Positions 127,952-144,217 of a DNA stretch of 248,000 nucleotides are shown here, piece by piece. The stretch comes from Octopus vulgaris (Eukaryota), in NCBI GenBank assembly GCA_951406725.2, contig OX597815.1, positions 35,484,001-35,732,000 on the forward strand, given 5' to 3'. Numbering within the stretch: the stretch's first letter is position 1; every line of letters starts with the position of its first letter. The notes under the pieces are model-generated. The model had not been told where the DNA came from, ran no database searches, and was given only the letters and a program-made list of their open reading frames with translations. The position numbers and the translations under genes are program-made.

Positions 127952-129817
127952 ATTATATATGTTTATGTTTGGCATTATTGGCTCAGACTTTGACTAATTT
128001 AATACAATCGATTAAGTAAATATCCTAGTAAATAGTTGTTGTTGACTAAGATATATTCAGGTATACGTAGTTTGTCCAGATATCGTTTGAAAGTTATGAG
128101 ATCTTTATATTTGACTTTGTTTTCGAGGGAGGGGGAAAACGAATGCATCGACCCCAGTACTCAACTGGTGCTTATTTTATCGACGCCGAAACGATAAAGG
128201 ACAAAGTCGACCTCGGCGGAATTTGAACTCAGAACGTGACGAGGGACGAAATACCGCTAAGCATTTCGCCCGGCGTGCTAACGATTCTACCAGCTCGTTG
128301 CCTTGTTTCCGAATAACATTCTTTTCTATTCTAGGTACATGGCCCGAATTTCTGGGTATGGAGGCCAGTCGATTAGATCGATCCAGTATGCAACTGGTAC
128401 TTAATTTATCGACCCCGAAAGGATGAAAAGCAAAGTCGATCTCGGCGGGATTTGAACTCAGAACGTAAAGACAGACGAAATACCTATTCCTTTACTACCC
128501 ACAAGGGGCTACACACAGAGGGGACAAACAAGGACAGACAAACGGATTAAGTCGATTACATCAACCCCAGTGCGTAGCTGGTACTTAATTTAACGACCCC
128601 GAAAGGATGAAAAGCAAAGTCGATCTCGGCGGAATTTGAACTCAGAACGTAAAGACAGACGAAATACCTATTTCTTTATTACCCACAAGGGGCTAAACAC
128701 AGAGGGGACAAACAAGGACAGACATAGGTATTAAGTCAATAACATCGACCCCGGTGCGTAACTGGTACTTAATTTATCGACCCCGAAAGGATGAAAGGCA
128801 AAGTCGACCTCGGCGGAATTTGAACTCACAACGTAACGCAGACAAAATACCGCTAAGCATTTCGCCCGGCGTGCTAAAGTGTCTGCCAGCTCGCTGCTTT
128901 GTTTCTGAGTAATATTAAGAAGGGAATAAAAACGCATGGCCTGTTGAGGAAAAGTAATTGTGTTGCAATGCGATTATGTTTGGTGAACCTGGATTGCGTA
129001 TAGAGGAGAATCCGAGCCTTTCCTGACCATTTGTGTAGACCAGTGGTTCTTATATATATAAGATTTTATTGTTCGAATTTATGTGCAATGAATTGTTTAT
129101 ACTTCTACAATACGCAAGATACTGTAATTTTGGTGGGACAGTTCCTAATAATATTTAATTTATAAAAATACAGTTAGATAATTTTTTTATATACAGTAAA
129201 TAACTATGGAGGTCCAGTAAAGTTAATAAAGGAATCACAGGGGTCCATAGGCAAAATATGGTTGAAAAACACTGCTGCAGATAGTCAACGGCCGATGAGT
129301 TTGACGTGGCTATAAGTTCTTAGGACTCTACCCAGATACATACATACATGCATACATACATACACACGTACGTACGTACGTAGTGAATAGCTTCCTAGAT
129401 TCTTAGTCAAGATTCGAACCCCTACGAGGTCCTTCCTATTCTTCTCGGCACTTGCGCTAATTTTTCGTTTCTTAGCTGCCTTGACCTAAGTTTGACTTGA
129501 ATGGTTAATGAAAGAAGAGAAACTAATATGTATGTGGCAGTAGACTCTCAAAAACTCGTTCTTGAAGAAAAAATGCCGAGAATAATAGAAAAGAATTCGT
129601 AGAAAAATCTAGACTGAGTTTCGAATCTAGGAAGCTATTCGAGGTTGGTAGGTAGTGTAATCTTTGTTTTTAATGTTCGGTAATAATAAAAACAATTTTA
129701 CTGTAATCTTATGGGTTACTATATACATTTGTAGAGTACAAATTTATTATTCTTATACAAGAATGTTGTTGACAGTGACTTCGAAGTTTCGGCCAGCTAA
129801 GCAATCGTCGAACTGCA

Positions 129818-129900
<83 letters not shown>

Positions 129901-130869
129901 TGTATGTATGTATGTATGTATGTATGTATGTATGTATGTATGGATGGATGGATGGATGTATGTATGTATGTATGTATTATTATTTTTTTTAAGAAAAAAG
130001 ATAGAGTAGGAGTGTGCGATTGTTAATGAGCACATTACATGTGCTCAGTGGTGGACAACATTGACATAAGTACAATCCACTGCGTTAAGGGTGTATTGCA
130101 TTCCTGAGTTTGCCGCAGGGCGAAATCGTGTAATGAGGAATTAATTTTCTCATTGATTTTACAAACGGTTTTGAAAAAAGAAGAAAAGCTTCAGAACCTC
130201 TTTTAATTATGAAAATATTTTCAAGATGTAGATAGTACAATATATTTATATAAAAACATTTGAAAATAAATACATTAGAGACTAGGCATGACTCATAATA
130301 TTCTAAAGGGGTACGTTTTTACTTCGAAAGATGTTGACTAAAGTGTGAGGATGCGGGACACTATCTTCTTCCGTACAGTTTAATCATCATTAATATCTAG
130401 TTGATTAGTAAGGTGGCGAGCTGGCAAAATCGTTAGCACGCCGGATAAAATGCTTAGCGGCATTTCATTCATCCTTACGTTCTGAGTTCAAATTCCCCCG
130501 AGGTTGACTTGCCTTTTATCCTTTCGAACTCGATAAAATAAGTACCAGTTGAGCACTGGGGTCGGTGTAAATCGACTTCTCAACTCCTCCAAAATTGCTG
130601 GCCTTATGCCAAAATTTAAAATCAATATTTAGATAGGGCGTGAAGAACTTATCCATAGTTGTTTGATATTTATGGTGCATCATCCTCAATGGTGGAACTA
130701 TCCACTTTGTAGACACCACATATAATCTTTTTTTCCTTCCCGATTGCGGTCGTTATCAGCAAAAACTTAAATGCCCTCTGGTGCTACTATAGTGTGATAT
130801 CTACCTTACTATTTGTGATCTACCGTAAATGGCAATGCACTCTACCAAACAACCCACTTACGGCCTTCA

Positions 130870-131830
130870 GCAATTAATTCTAAGCTATTTAGTTGTTCAC
130901 ACTAGCACCATGCTGGCCAGAGACTTTTACTCAAGTGATGATGAAACGGTGTCTTTTTTTGAGAGAGCACAATCTTATTGACCAGGTAGGAAATGTGTCT
131001 CCTTGTCATAAATGCGGGACACAAATGAAAAAAAAAAAAGAAAGAGGATTAGAACCGGAGAATTCTGGCCAATATTGAGATGTCCAAATAAAAGGCGCCA
131101 AGCTCAGTTCGGGAAGGAAATCAGTTTTTGCACTATACCGTCTTAAATGGGAAGATGAATAGCAGATTGAATGTGTTAAAATTTTAGAATTATTGTCCTA
131201 TTTTATTCACGAAATCCTGATGAGTACTTTACTGGAAAGTTGCCTACTACTATTACAGACTGGTTTAATATGTGTCGTGAAGTTTGTAGCGTGATAATAT
131301 CACACCAAACGAGGAGTGAAATGATTGGTACACAGGAAAATCCTATACAGATCGACGAGGCATGGTTTGCTGGTTGTTGTAAATATAACTGTGGTCGTAT
131401 GTTGACTGGTGATCAACCTCCGAACTCAAAGGAATCTGATGACGAACTTAGAAGAACCATGGGGCATAAATGGCCCCTGAGTTTTTGGTCTGTAAAATGG
131501 GCTTGATTGTCGGTACTTTTATGTTCAACGAAGAGATAGGGTCACTTTGATTCCTATCATAGAACGTGAATGTAAGCTTAGCTCTATGAGTAGCCGTCCT
131601 ACCGTTGCTTAAAGAATATCGGCTATCAGCACAAAACCGTCAATCATCAAGTGTATTATATGGACCCGACATCAGGACCTCACATACAAGCTTTTGAGCG
131701 ATCGTGGCTTGAGGCCAAGATTGAAATATTCAAGAAAAAAAAGAAGCGTACCTACTCAACATTTTCAATCACTTTCGGATCATTATTGTTGGAAAATACT
131801 TAGGAAGAACGATGACCTGTTTACTGCTTT
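130870..131830 (+). mobile_element. Merlin (IS1016/ISXO2-like DDE) transposase remnant
   Basis: CHKCGTQM, DWFNMCREVCS, PIQIDEAWFAG, KTVNH, YMDPTSG..IQAFERSW; frameshifted. Confidence 0.8.
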
Positions 131831-132041
131831 TTTTTAATGATATCAGATCAGTTAACAAACACTAAAATCAATATCTGATGATTTAAAAAAAATTATATAT
131901 AATGTGTTACTGATTTTGAATAAATTTTACACAAGCTGTTTGTTATACTCCTTTCTTCTTCTAGTATAAATGTTTAATGATTTTTAACATATTTCACATT
132001 ACCAACATTTGGTAGATATCATATCATGGTAGAAAATTAAT

Positions 132042-133162
132042 GGCGCGCTTAAAGTAGAATTTCGCCGACTTAGGATCTTACCACACTTGTGTGTTACTGA
132101 AATGTTTAACAAAATACTTAACTATTTAACATAGTGAGATGAATATTAGATGACTCACTAAAACCTTCATATAAATGAATAATTTTGACGTCAGTTTCCT
132201 ATCAGGGAACACATTTCAGTTGATCGTCAACAACGTCTCTCTTCTGTCTGCCATCCCTTCTCTCTTTTATGTGTGTGTTTGACATAAATACAGAAACGAA
132301 TACCTCACTAAACTAGAACATCAAAAGTCATGATTCTCACGATCCTCCAGTAAATTTCCCATAATTTTATAGGTTCCGAAATACCGCCAGAAAAACTAGC
132401 TGTGATAATAGGCCATCGATGTACACAGTCGTAAAGGTGCTTGACCTCTGCTTAGGATATTGCATTCATGATCACAAAATCTTGATTTCGATTCTACCAA
132501 CTTCACTTAAATTGATTGCAAAGAATATTACAAACGTTTTGGCATTTATAGAGGAAGGTGGGTGCTACTATTGTATATCCAACATCCATTATGTAGATAT
132601 ACTATAGTAGAAAATGGATGTTGGATATACAATAGTAGCACCCACCTTCCTCTACAAGTGCCAAAACGTTTGTAATATTCTTTGCAATCAATTTAAGTGA
132701 AGTTGGTAGAATCGAAATCAAGATTTTGTGATCATGAATGCAATATCCTAAGCAGAGGTCAAGCACCTTCACGAGTGTGTACATCGATGGCCTATTATCG
132801 CAGCTAGTTTTTCTGGCGGTATTTCGAAACCTATAAAATTATGGGAAATTTACTGGAGGATCGTGAGAATCATGACTTTTGATGTTCTAGTTTAGTGAGG
132901 TATTCGTTTCTGTATTTATGTCAAACACACACATAAAAGAGAGAAGGGATGGCAGACAGAAGAGAGACGTTGTTGACGATCAACTGAAATGTGTTCACTG
133001 ATAGGAAACTGACGTCAAAATTTATTCATTTATATGAAGGTTTTAGTGAGTCATCTAATATTCATCTCACTATGTTAAATAGTTAAGTATTTTGTTAAAC
133101 ATTTCAGTAACACACAAGTGTGGTAAGATCCTAAGTCGGCGAAATTCTACTTTAAGCGCGCC
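132042..133162. mobile_element. Foldback element, ~550-bp near-perfect inverted arms with very short spacer
   Basis: GGCGCGCTTAAAGTAGAATTTCGCCGAC ... GTCGGCGAAATTCTACTTTAAGCGCGCC; mirror ORFs 132419-132607 (+) and 132602-132784 (-). Confidence 0.9.
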
Positions 133163-133826
133163 ATATAAGCCCGCATAATTTTTTAATTCTTGGTTTCAGA
133201 AAACTTGTGTACTCAGAATTTGTGTACTCCACACGGGAATTCACACAACTATATATGAATATAAGTATACATATATATATATATATATATACATACACAT
133301 ATATATATATACACACGCGTATATTCACACATATATGTATACACACACGCACACACATATATATACACAAACAAACACACATATATATACACATATATAT
133401 ACATATATATACACATATATATATACATATATATATATACACATATATATACACATGTATATATACACATATATATATACATATATATACACATATATAA
133501 ACATATATACATATATATACATATATATACACACACATAAATATATATACACATACATATATATATATACATACATATATATATATATATATATACATAC
133601 ATACATATATATATACACATACATATATATATATATATACATATATACATATATACATATATACACATACATATATATATAAACATATATACACATACAT
133701 ATATATACACACACACATATATATACATATATATATACACATATATCTATACATATATCTATATATGTATGTATATATATACATATATATATAAATACAT
133801 ACATATATATACACATTTATACATAC

Positions 133827-133858
<32 letters not shown>

Positions 133859-133999
133859 TGATGTGAATAAACTTTAAATTCCGTCAGTACGCAGTGAGTT
133901 TATGAGTGGGATAAATAATTTGTCCTGTGATGCAAGCTGGAGGTTTTTCAAAGAAAGAGTGTACGAGATTTGTAGTAACATTCTTGGCTTTGTTGTAAA

Positions 134000-136330
134000 A
134001 AAAAAAACACCAAGTTTGGTTTGACGATAATGATGAAGTTAATCTTATCTTAGAGGAGAAGCGAAAGGCAGTGGCTACATATTTCAAGGCTGTAAAAGCA
134101 ACAGTGCAGAGGAATTGGTGGTGTGATAGATGCGATAAAATCCAAGAAGCCTCAAATGCTAACAATTCTAAACTTTTTTACTCTCTTGAAAAATGTTTAT
134201 GGACCAGTTTCATCAAAGGTTGTGCCACTTCGGTGCAAGGATGGCACAGAATTATTAACAAATCCTAAAGATATTGTTGGGAGGTGGAAAGAACATTTTG
134301 ATGAGTTGCTCAATAGACCCACTGAAGTTGATCTCTCTTTTCTTGATAATATACCCGAGAGACCAATAAAACGTCTTATAGCAGAAGTTCCAAACCTGGC
134401 TGAAATAAAAGCAGCAATTAGGAAATTGAACAATGGAAAAGCCCCTGGTATGGATGGACTAGATGCAGTGATATATAAATATGGTTGTGATCATCTTTGT
134501 GCAATGCTGACGGATGTGATTCCTCCGGATTGGCGTGATGCAACTATTGAGATACTATATAAATCTAAAGGTGGAAAGGATGTTTGTGATAATTATCGCG
134601 GCACCTGTCTGTTACCTGTTGCTGGAAAGGTCCTTTGTAGGTTAATGCTGGATAGATTGCTTCTGCACATTGCTGATGAGGTTCTACCAGAATCGCAATG
134701 TGGGTTTAGGGATAGTAGTAGTACTATTGATATGATATTTTCGGCTAGACACTTGCAAGAGAAGTGCATCGAACAGGATATGGACTAATACCTGGTTTTC
134801 ATTGACCTAACAAAAGCGTTTGACTCTATCAATAGAATTGCACTTTGGGAGACCCTAAAAAGCTAGGATGCCCTGAAAAATTTGTGAGAATTTCATAACA
134901 AGATGGAAGTGAGAGTTAATGTTAGGGGTACCTTATCAGATCCAATTTCTGTAGAAAATGTTCTAAAGCAAGGTGATATTCCTGCTCCTGCACTGTTTGC
135001 TATACATTTCGCAATAGTCTATCAAATAGCTTTTAAAGATTGCCTTGAAGGGGTCTACATAAGATATAGGACAACAGGAAAACTGTTTAATCTCAAAAGA
135101 CTCTGTGCCAAAACGAAAGTTCTGCATTCTCACCATGTTGAGTTTCTGTGTGCAGATAATTGTGACCTGTTGGCACATTCTCAGAAAAATATGCAGCACA
135201 AAGTGAATGCGATTTCTGCAGCATGTGCAGTATTGGGTCTAACAATCAATCTAAAAAAAACTGTTGTAATGTACCAGCCCGCTCCCTCCAAGATGTATGT
135301 GGAACCTTTTATAACTGTGAATGGTCAAAGGTTGGAGACTGTACCTAGATTTAGTTATTTAGGAAGTACCTGGAGCACTGCTGGTCTTGATGATGAAATT
135401 TCATACAGAATCAGCAGGGCTAGTAATGCTTTTCGTAGGATTGATAGGCGTCTGTAGAAACAACATAATATATCTTCACGGATTAAAGTGAAGGTATGTA
135501 ACACATGCGTCTTCCCATCAATGTTATATGGAAGTGAGGCAAGGGTTGTTTATTGTAGGCAGGTAAGGTAATTGGAACGATTTCATCAATACTGTCTGAG
135601 AAAAATTTTGGGGATAAACTGAAAAATGTCCATTAATAATGTGGAGGTGCTTGAGAGGAGTGGCAGTAGAAGTATAGAGTCAATGATTTTGCAAAGACGT
135701 TTGAGGTGGGGGGAGAACATTCGGTAAGGATGAGTGATGAGCGACTGCCCAAGCAGCTATTGTATGGTGAGCTGGAAGATCGTAGGTGACCAGCGCATAA
135801 GCCTAAACTAAGGTTTAAGGATTGCGTTAAAATTGCTCTAATAAAGAGAGGAATTGCAGCTTGTAATTGGGAGAGGGAGGCACAAGACCGTGATGGATGG
135901 GGGAAGATAGTGCATGATAGTTGTTCAAGGTTTGAGAGGGAGAGAGTGAAGTATGAGAGAATAAGGAGGGGGCTTAGAAGGGGGGAACCTGTGGAAAGAG
136001 AGAGAGTTTTGCTTTTTATATGTGTGGCTTGTGGGCGGAGGTGTTTGAGTCGTGCAGGCCTGGTGAGCCACGAAAATTCTTATAGAAATCGACCCATGAT
136101 AAACAATGATGTGGCTATTAAAATTCATAGCAAAACGTGTCTAAAATGTGGAAAGGTGTGCCTCTCAGTTGGAGGTTTAAAAAGATATGTTAAGAGAGTG
136201 CATATGGTGGCACCTGTTACTCCTGCCAGCCAGCACAGTTGTCTAGTATGTAATAAAATGTGTAAAACACTGGCTGGGCTTAAAAGTCATATAAGAGCAT
136301 CACATGGCAACAATCATGAATCATGTCAGT
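134000..136330 (+). mobile_element. RTE-clade LINE remnant (RT) with three C-terminal C2H2-like zinc fingers
   Basis: APGMDG, NYRGTCLL, QCGFR, FIDLTKAFD, LCADNCDL, FSYLGS; fingers [61 protein letters not shown]. Confidence 0.88.
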
Positions 136331-136473
136331 AAGTCTTCTTGGCAATGGTTTTTCTCGTGCAACGAGGATGCAGCTGTTATATGTATATATGTATGTATAT
136401 GTATGTATGTAAATATATATATATGTACGTGTGTATATATGTATGTATATGTATGTATGTACAAATATATATG

Positions 136474-136529
<56 letters not shown>

Positions 136530-136559
136530 AGTATATATGTTTATATATATATATATATA

Positions 136560-137075
136560 TACACACAAAAAAGATAGATGGCATGACAGGCCTCGACTAT
136601 TGGGGTCGACTAGAAAAGCTAAAACTCTATTCTCTCCAACGTCGTCGTGAGCGCTACATCATCTGCATGATGTGGAAAATATTCCATCAGCATTGCCCAA
136701 ATGATGTTGGCATCACCTTTAAGGTACATCCAAGGCTTGGGCCCCGTGCCATCCGCCCAAAACAAAAATCGCACTCTCATCTCATAACAACAATACGGCA
136801 CAATTATTTCACCTCAATTGGCCCCGCTCCCTTTAACATTACACCAAAACACATTAAAACAGAAACTGACCCTATAGGGTTCAAGAAGTCTTTGGACAGA
136901 TTCCTTCAAGAAATCCCGGATAAACCCCCTACACCCGGATATGTCTCTGTAAACAATAACTCTCTACTTGAGTGGGCCATAGTGCCCAAATTCTGACTTG
137001 AAAGACTTCACCAGGTGGTGCTATTAAGTTAGACATGGCCTGGGCCAATAATGGCCGAAACCTATCAAAGTATCA
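136560..137075 (+). mobile_element. 5'-truncated CR1-type LINE copy
   Basis: Nearly identical to the 3' end of the 201590-204900 element, including the (TATCAAAG)n terminal repeat. Confidence 0.9.
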
Positions 137076-137479
137076 AAGTAAAGTATATGTGTGTGTGTGT
137101 GTATGTATGTGGGGGGGTGTAGAGGCGCAATGGCCCAGTGGTAAGGGCAGCGGACTCGACGTTGTAGGATCGTGGATTCGATTCCCAGACCGAGTGTTGT
137201 GAGTGTTTATTGAGCGAAAACACCTAAAGCTCCACGAGACTCCGGCAGGGGAGGGGGGCACCCCTGCTGTACTCTTTCACCACAACTTTCTCTCACTCTT
137301 TCTTTCTGTTTCTGCTGTACCTGTATTTCAAAGGGCCAGCCTTGTCACACTCTGTGTCACGCCGAATCTCCCCGAGAACTACGTTAAGAGTACACGTGTC
137401 TGTGGAGTGCTCAGCCACTTGCACGTTAATTTCACGAGCAGGCTGTTCCGTTGTAACAGACGGAGTGCCAGGTAATATA

Positions 137480-137540
<61 letters not shown>

Positions 137541-137613
137541 GTATATATACATCTGTATATATATTTGTATATATATATATATATGTTTATATGTATATAT
137601 ATATATATGTATA

Positions 137614-137653
<40 letters not shown>

Positions 137654-137735
137654 TATATATATGTATATATATATACCTTATATATATATATATGTTTATA
137701 TGTATATATATATACCTTATATATATATATTTATA

Positions 137736-139083
<1,348 letters not shown>

Positions 139084-139086
139084 TAT

Positions 139087-139174
<88 letters not shown>

Positions 139175-139469
139175 CAGCTCATCCCATATGTTCTGTCCGA
139201 TTTTACCTTTTTTAAAATTGAATGAAATTTAATAGTATTTTAGAATGTCTAATGGAATTAAAATTATTTTTATGCATTTGTGTACATTTAAACTAATTAG
139301 ATATTATAATACAGAATAATAAAATTAAAATTTCTTTGAATAAAACCCTTTCTAACATGTAAGTATCCAAATAACATTTAAGGCACATAATGCTTTATGA
139401 GTACAAAAAAGGAAAGTCTGCAGCCGAAGCGACTCGAAACATACACTCAGAGATCTTCGATGCTGCCAT

Positions 139470-140110
139470 CCCGAACTACAACCGGGCTCTGGCTGCCAGC
139501 GATTTTAAGGATAGTATTAGTTACATACCAGACCCTATCCCCACCAAGGGAAAGCGCCACCGGAAAGTACTGTGGTTCACACTGCCATTCTCTTTAAGCA
139601 GTAGATAAGAACTTCCTTTGTTTAATTGATAGACACTTTCCTCGTACCAATATAGTTTACGAAATATTTAATAGACATACTCTGAGACTATCTTTTAGCT
139701 GTGCACCTAGATTAAAAAAAGATTTTAGTAGGTAGACCCAGACCCAAGACTGAAGCATGATGCTCATGTAGGGTTAACACAACTTGTCCACTAAACGGCC
139801 AATGCAATACAGAAACAGTTGTTTCCGAGGCAGAAGTACAGCTTCAGGACCCAATGGACAACCGATCGTGCAGAAATATGTGGAGGCAACGGAAGGCCCC
139901 TTCAGAACCCGCTATAATAACCACAAGTCCTCATTTAACATTCTAGAGAGACTAACGCCACGACCCAAGCCAAGCACAACTGGGCTTTAGAAGAAAGCAC
140001 CACGGAGTACAGCATAAAGAGGAAGATCATGGAAAGATGCAATCCGTACTTCAATAGTAGCAGGAAGTGCAGACTATACGTGGCTGAGAAGAGATCGATT
140101 TTAAAAGGTA
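139470..140110 (+). mobile_element. Penelope-like element C-terminal fragment (GIY-YIG)
   Basis: RKVLWFTLPFS, NIFNRHTLRLSFSC, KYVEATEGPFRTRYNNHKSSF. Confidence 0.75.
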
Positions 140111-141245
140111 CCTAACACCCAGATGTTTACCTCAGTAACAGGAGCGAGGTGTTTAGTCCTTTTCTGCATGAAAAAAAGTATATTCTGTCGTACCTACGCG
140201 ACCCACCATGACTGCAACCACAGGTCCCGTGCCTCGACCTTCCGTAAACGACCTCCCGCCAATGCCCTTGGGCCCACCAAAAAGATTTTGACCAAGACAC
140301 ACACCAACGCACCCATGTACACACGCCCATCCCCATAAGGCGGACACCCCGCATATAATTATCCTCCAGCACATACACCCTCACGTAAATTGTACCCCCA
140401 CATATAAACAGACACCCCCCCACACACACACACACACATACACATATATTACACACCGTACCTAATATATAAAAAACACCAAAGTGTTGTCCTTTACAGA
140501 AAGAAAACAGAGCAACGAACACAGCGCTATATATATCTACACCCCGCGAAAAATTTATACATATGACACCGCTACACATACTATACACCACGCAGAAACA
140601 CCACATTATTAATACAAACTCTTGCCGACTTCACAACATACCTAACCAAGGGACATAACTCCCAGCTAAATCCCTGGGCCTTTTTTTCATTTCACCGACA
140701 CACGACGGGCTTCTTTCAGTTTTCCGTCAACTAAATCCACTCACTTTGATCAGCCCGAGGCTATCGTAGAAGACACTTGCCCAAGGTGCCATGCAGTGGA
140801 ACTGAACCCGGAACCATGTGGTTGGGAAGCAAGCTTCTTACCACACAGCCACGACCACATATAAATCTCTGAACGAGGTATAGGGCACAGAAGGCGGCGA
140901 GCTGGCAGAAACGTTAGCTGGCCGGGCGAAATGCGTAGTCGTATTTTGTCTGCCGTTACGTTCTGAGTTCAAATTCCGCCGAGGTCGACTTTGCTTTTTA
141001 TCCTTTCGGGGTCGATAAATTAAGTACCAGTTACGCACTGGGGTCGATGTAATCGACTTAATCCGTTTGTCTGTCCTTGTTTGTCCTCTCTGTGTTTAGC
141101 CCCTTGTGGGTAGTACAGAAATAGGCATAGGGCACAGAAAGTGTGTCAATAGCCAGCTGGAGATGATGTTCTCCCGGAGCTACAAGCTACAGTAGCATCC
141201 ACCCTTAGTGGTTAGCCACATTTAAGTGGCAAATATACTTCAAAA

Positions 141246-141344
<99 letters not shown>

Positions 141345-141691
141345 TATTGTGTGTCTTGCTTATAGGAAAATAACGAGATGGACACAGTTGAAATACTTTC
141401 AATCATAGGTTTACTTAATCAGGACCATCCCGAGATTAAACAACAACGACAATCAAATATTTATCCGCTGATATTCATTTTATCAATTAAACTATTACTC
141501 ATTCTCTGAATGTGAATCTCCCATAATTAACATCTAACTGATTTTTTTGACAGTTTTATCCCAAACTAACATTACTGATTTAAGTAGGTAGCTGTGTGCG
141601 TCAAATTCATAAGCACTGAGTACTCAACTATAACCACGGGTTAATAAATTTCAAGTGCAATGATATAGCCTCTAGGATGTCTATAATGTGT

Positions 141692-141744
<53 letters not shown>

Positions 141745-142499
141745 TGTGTGTGTGTGTGTTTCACTGTAGAAGTTCCATTCCCAAATTAAATGCAACTGAA
141801 TACAAGTAAGGCTTATCTATTCCTTTATTTAAAATACGATACGTCACAAAGTCTCTTTATTTTTGAAGTCAGAAAAGTCTCCAGAATACATCAGCTTACA
141901 AAAAAACCTGTCTATCTTTAGTAATCACTAGTGTATCTTTCAGAAACAAAATATTTGTATCTAGAAAACTTTTCGTTCTTGCGACCTTAGACTACACTCA
142001 AAAACATTTATGCACACGTACACTTATCAGCGTTTGTATAACTATTTTTGTTTGTGGATAACTGCGTAGTGAGTGCAAATTTTGTTGTGTAGATGTCACG
142101 TATGCACTCATAACACCGACCTGTGTCTACCTATTGAACTACAGCAGTACAAGATAATATATTAAACAAATGTTATCAGGGAAGATAACACTCATCTGCC
142201 ATAAATATAGTAAGATCCTGTTAGTATTAGAATATTTGGTTACAAATTTCTAGAATGAGAAAGCTAAGTATGGCAATACTGAATTCATGAACTGAAACTA
142301 GATTAAACTAAACAACGATGGTCCAACGGCAACACCTACAAAACATAGGCAGGACCATTATTGAAATAAATAATCTGCTTGCGTCAGATATGATAGAGAA
142401 ACCGTGTTTCATGAGCTGGAATCAAAATAGAAATCCACTACGCAGTCGTTTGATGTGCTGGAGATAGTAACCAAATCTCTATCGAATTACTCTCACAAA

Positions 142500-142653
<154 letters not shown>

Positions 142654-143683
142654 AACGGTGGTTATCATAGCAGCATTGCCTTTGACCATCGTCCACTCGA
142701 TTCAGTTGGAATCGTCGGGAAAAACAACCTAATCTGCTAGAGTGTATTTTAGTCATATTTACTAGTTATTCCTATCAGCACTACATACAGCACCTAACAG
142801 CCAATACTGTTTCTAGCATCTCCAAAACAATGCCATAACAATCGTTACCACCACTACTGTCACCATCACCACCAAAAGGAATCAGGGAACTTCTGTCTGA
142901 TCAATCGACCTGTTAGAAACTGAAACCAAGTTTCCCTCAAACCATACCCGCCTTTCTTGAAATTCTAAGAAGGAGAAATTAGATAATGCAATCTTAGATA
143001 CACTATATTCGATAAAAAACGGTATGGTCAAGTTTGGGACACCTTTGATCATAGGTTTAACGCCACCGAGGCTGACTTGGAGCAAAACAGTAAGAACAAC
143101 ATTAACAAAGCAACAACAACCCAACTACAATCATTACAAATGCCATTGCGACACCTTCTACCACAACCGCTAACCCACCATGACCATCAACATCACCATC
143201 ACCACTGTCATAACCACCATAACTACCTAGCAACAACCCAAACACCACCACCACCACCATCACTGTATTCATCATCATCATCGCTATCAACACTATGAAA
143301 ATGTCCTATAACTTGTATCGGATCGTTATAATTCGAACCCCGTCTTCGTGGCATTTCCTATGGGTCAATCATGCCCTTATCGACTAAGGAGGGGAAAATC
143401 TCAAATACGAGATGCAGCTGAAACCAAATGGCTTAATCAGGTATCGAAACTGCATCACATTTACTCCAAAGGACTTTACTAATGTGTGGTTGGTAATATT
143501 AGTGCATTTGTTGCCCAGTTTAACACCAACATCTGGTCCTTGGAGGGCTTTAACAGTGTCCGATTACCTGACTGGGGCTAAACAACAATAACTATTAAAA
143601 GTACCAGCAATACACTTTCTATCCAACAACACTGCACTATCACTATTAATATTAGTCTTCAATCCCAATACACCACCAATCAA

Positions 143684-143763
<80 letters not shown>

Positions 143764-144186
143764 ATACTACTACTAATACCATGAAAACAATGATCCAATC
143801 ACTGTCATCATCATCATCATTGTTATAATCGCGACCACACGCCCCATAACTCCCTAACAACAATACACCACCATCACTCACCAATGAAATTTCACAACCA
143901 ACACCACTCCCCGCCCACAATAATGCCCCTACTTTTACTACTACTACTACTACCACCACCACCACCACCACCACCACCATCACCATTCCTCATCAGATAT
144001 TCGGATTGCATGTATTAGAACTGAGTTTCAGCTTTGAAGATAACTCAATGTATCGAGGCATTGCTTCTAGGAAACGTTCACTGGTCCTACAAAAAATAGC
144101 GTTCAAATCTCTTTCAAATCACACCCTAGAGGATCAAGAGAAGAAGGATATATTGAGAAATGTAGTCCTAGATACACCATATCTGA

Positions 144187-144217
<31 letters not shown>

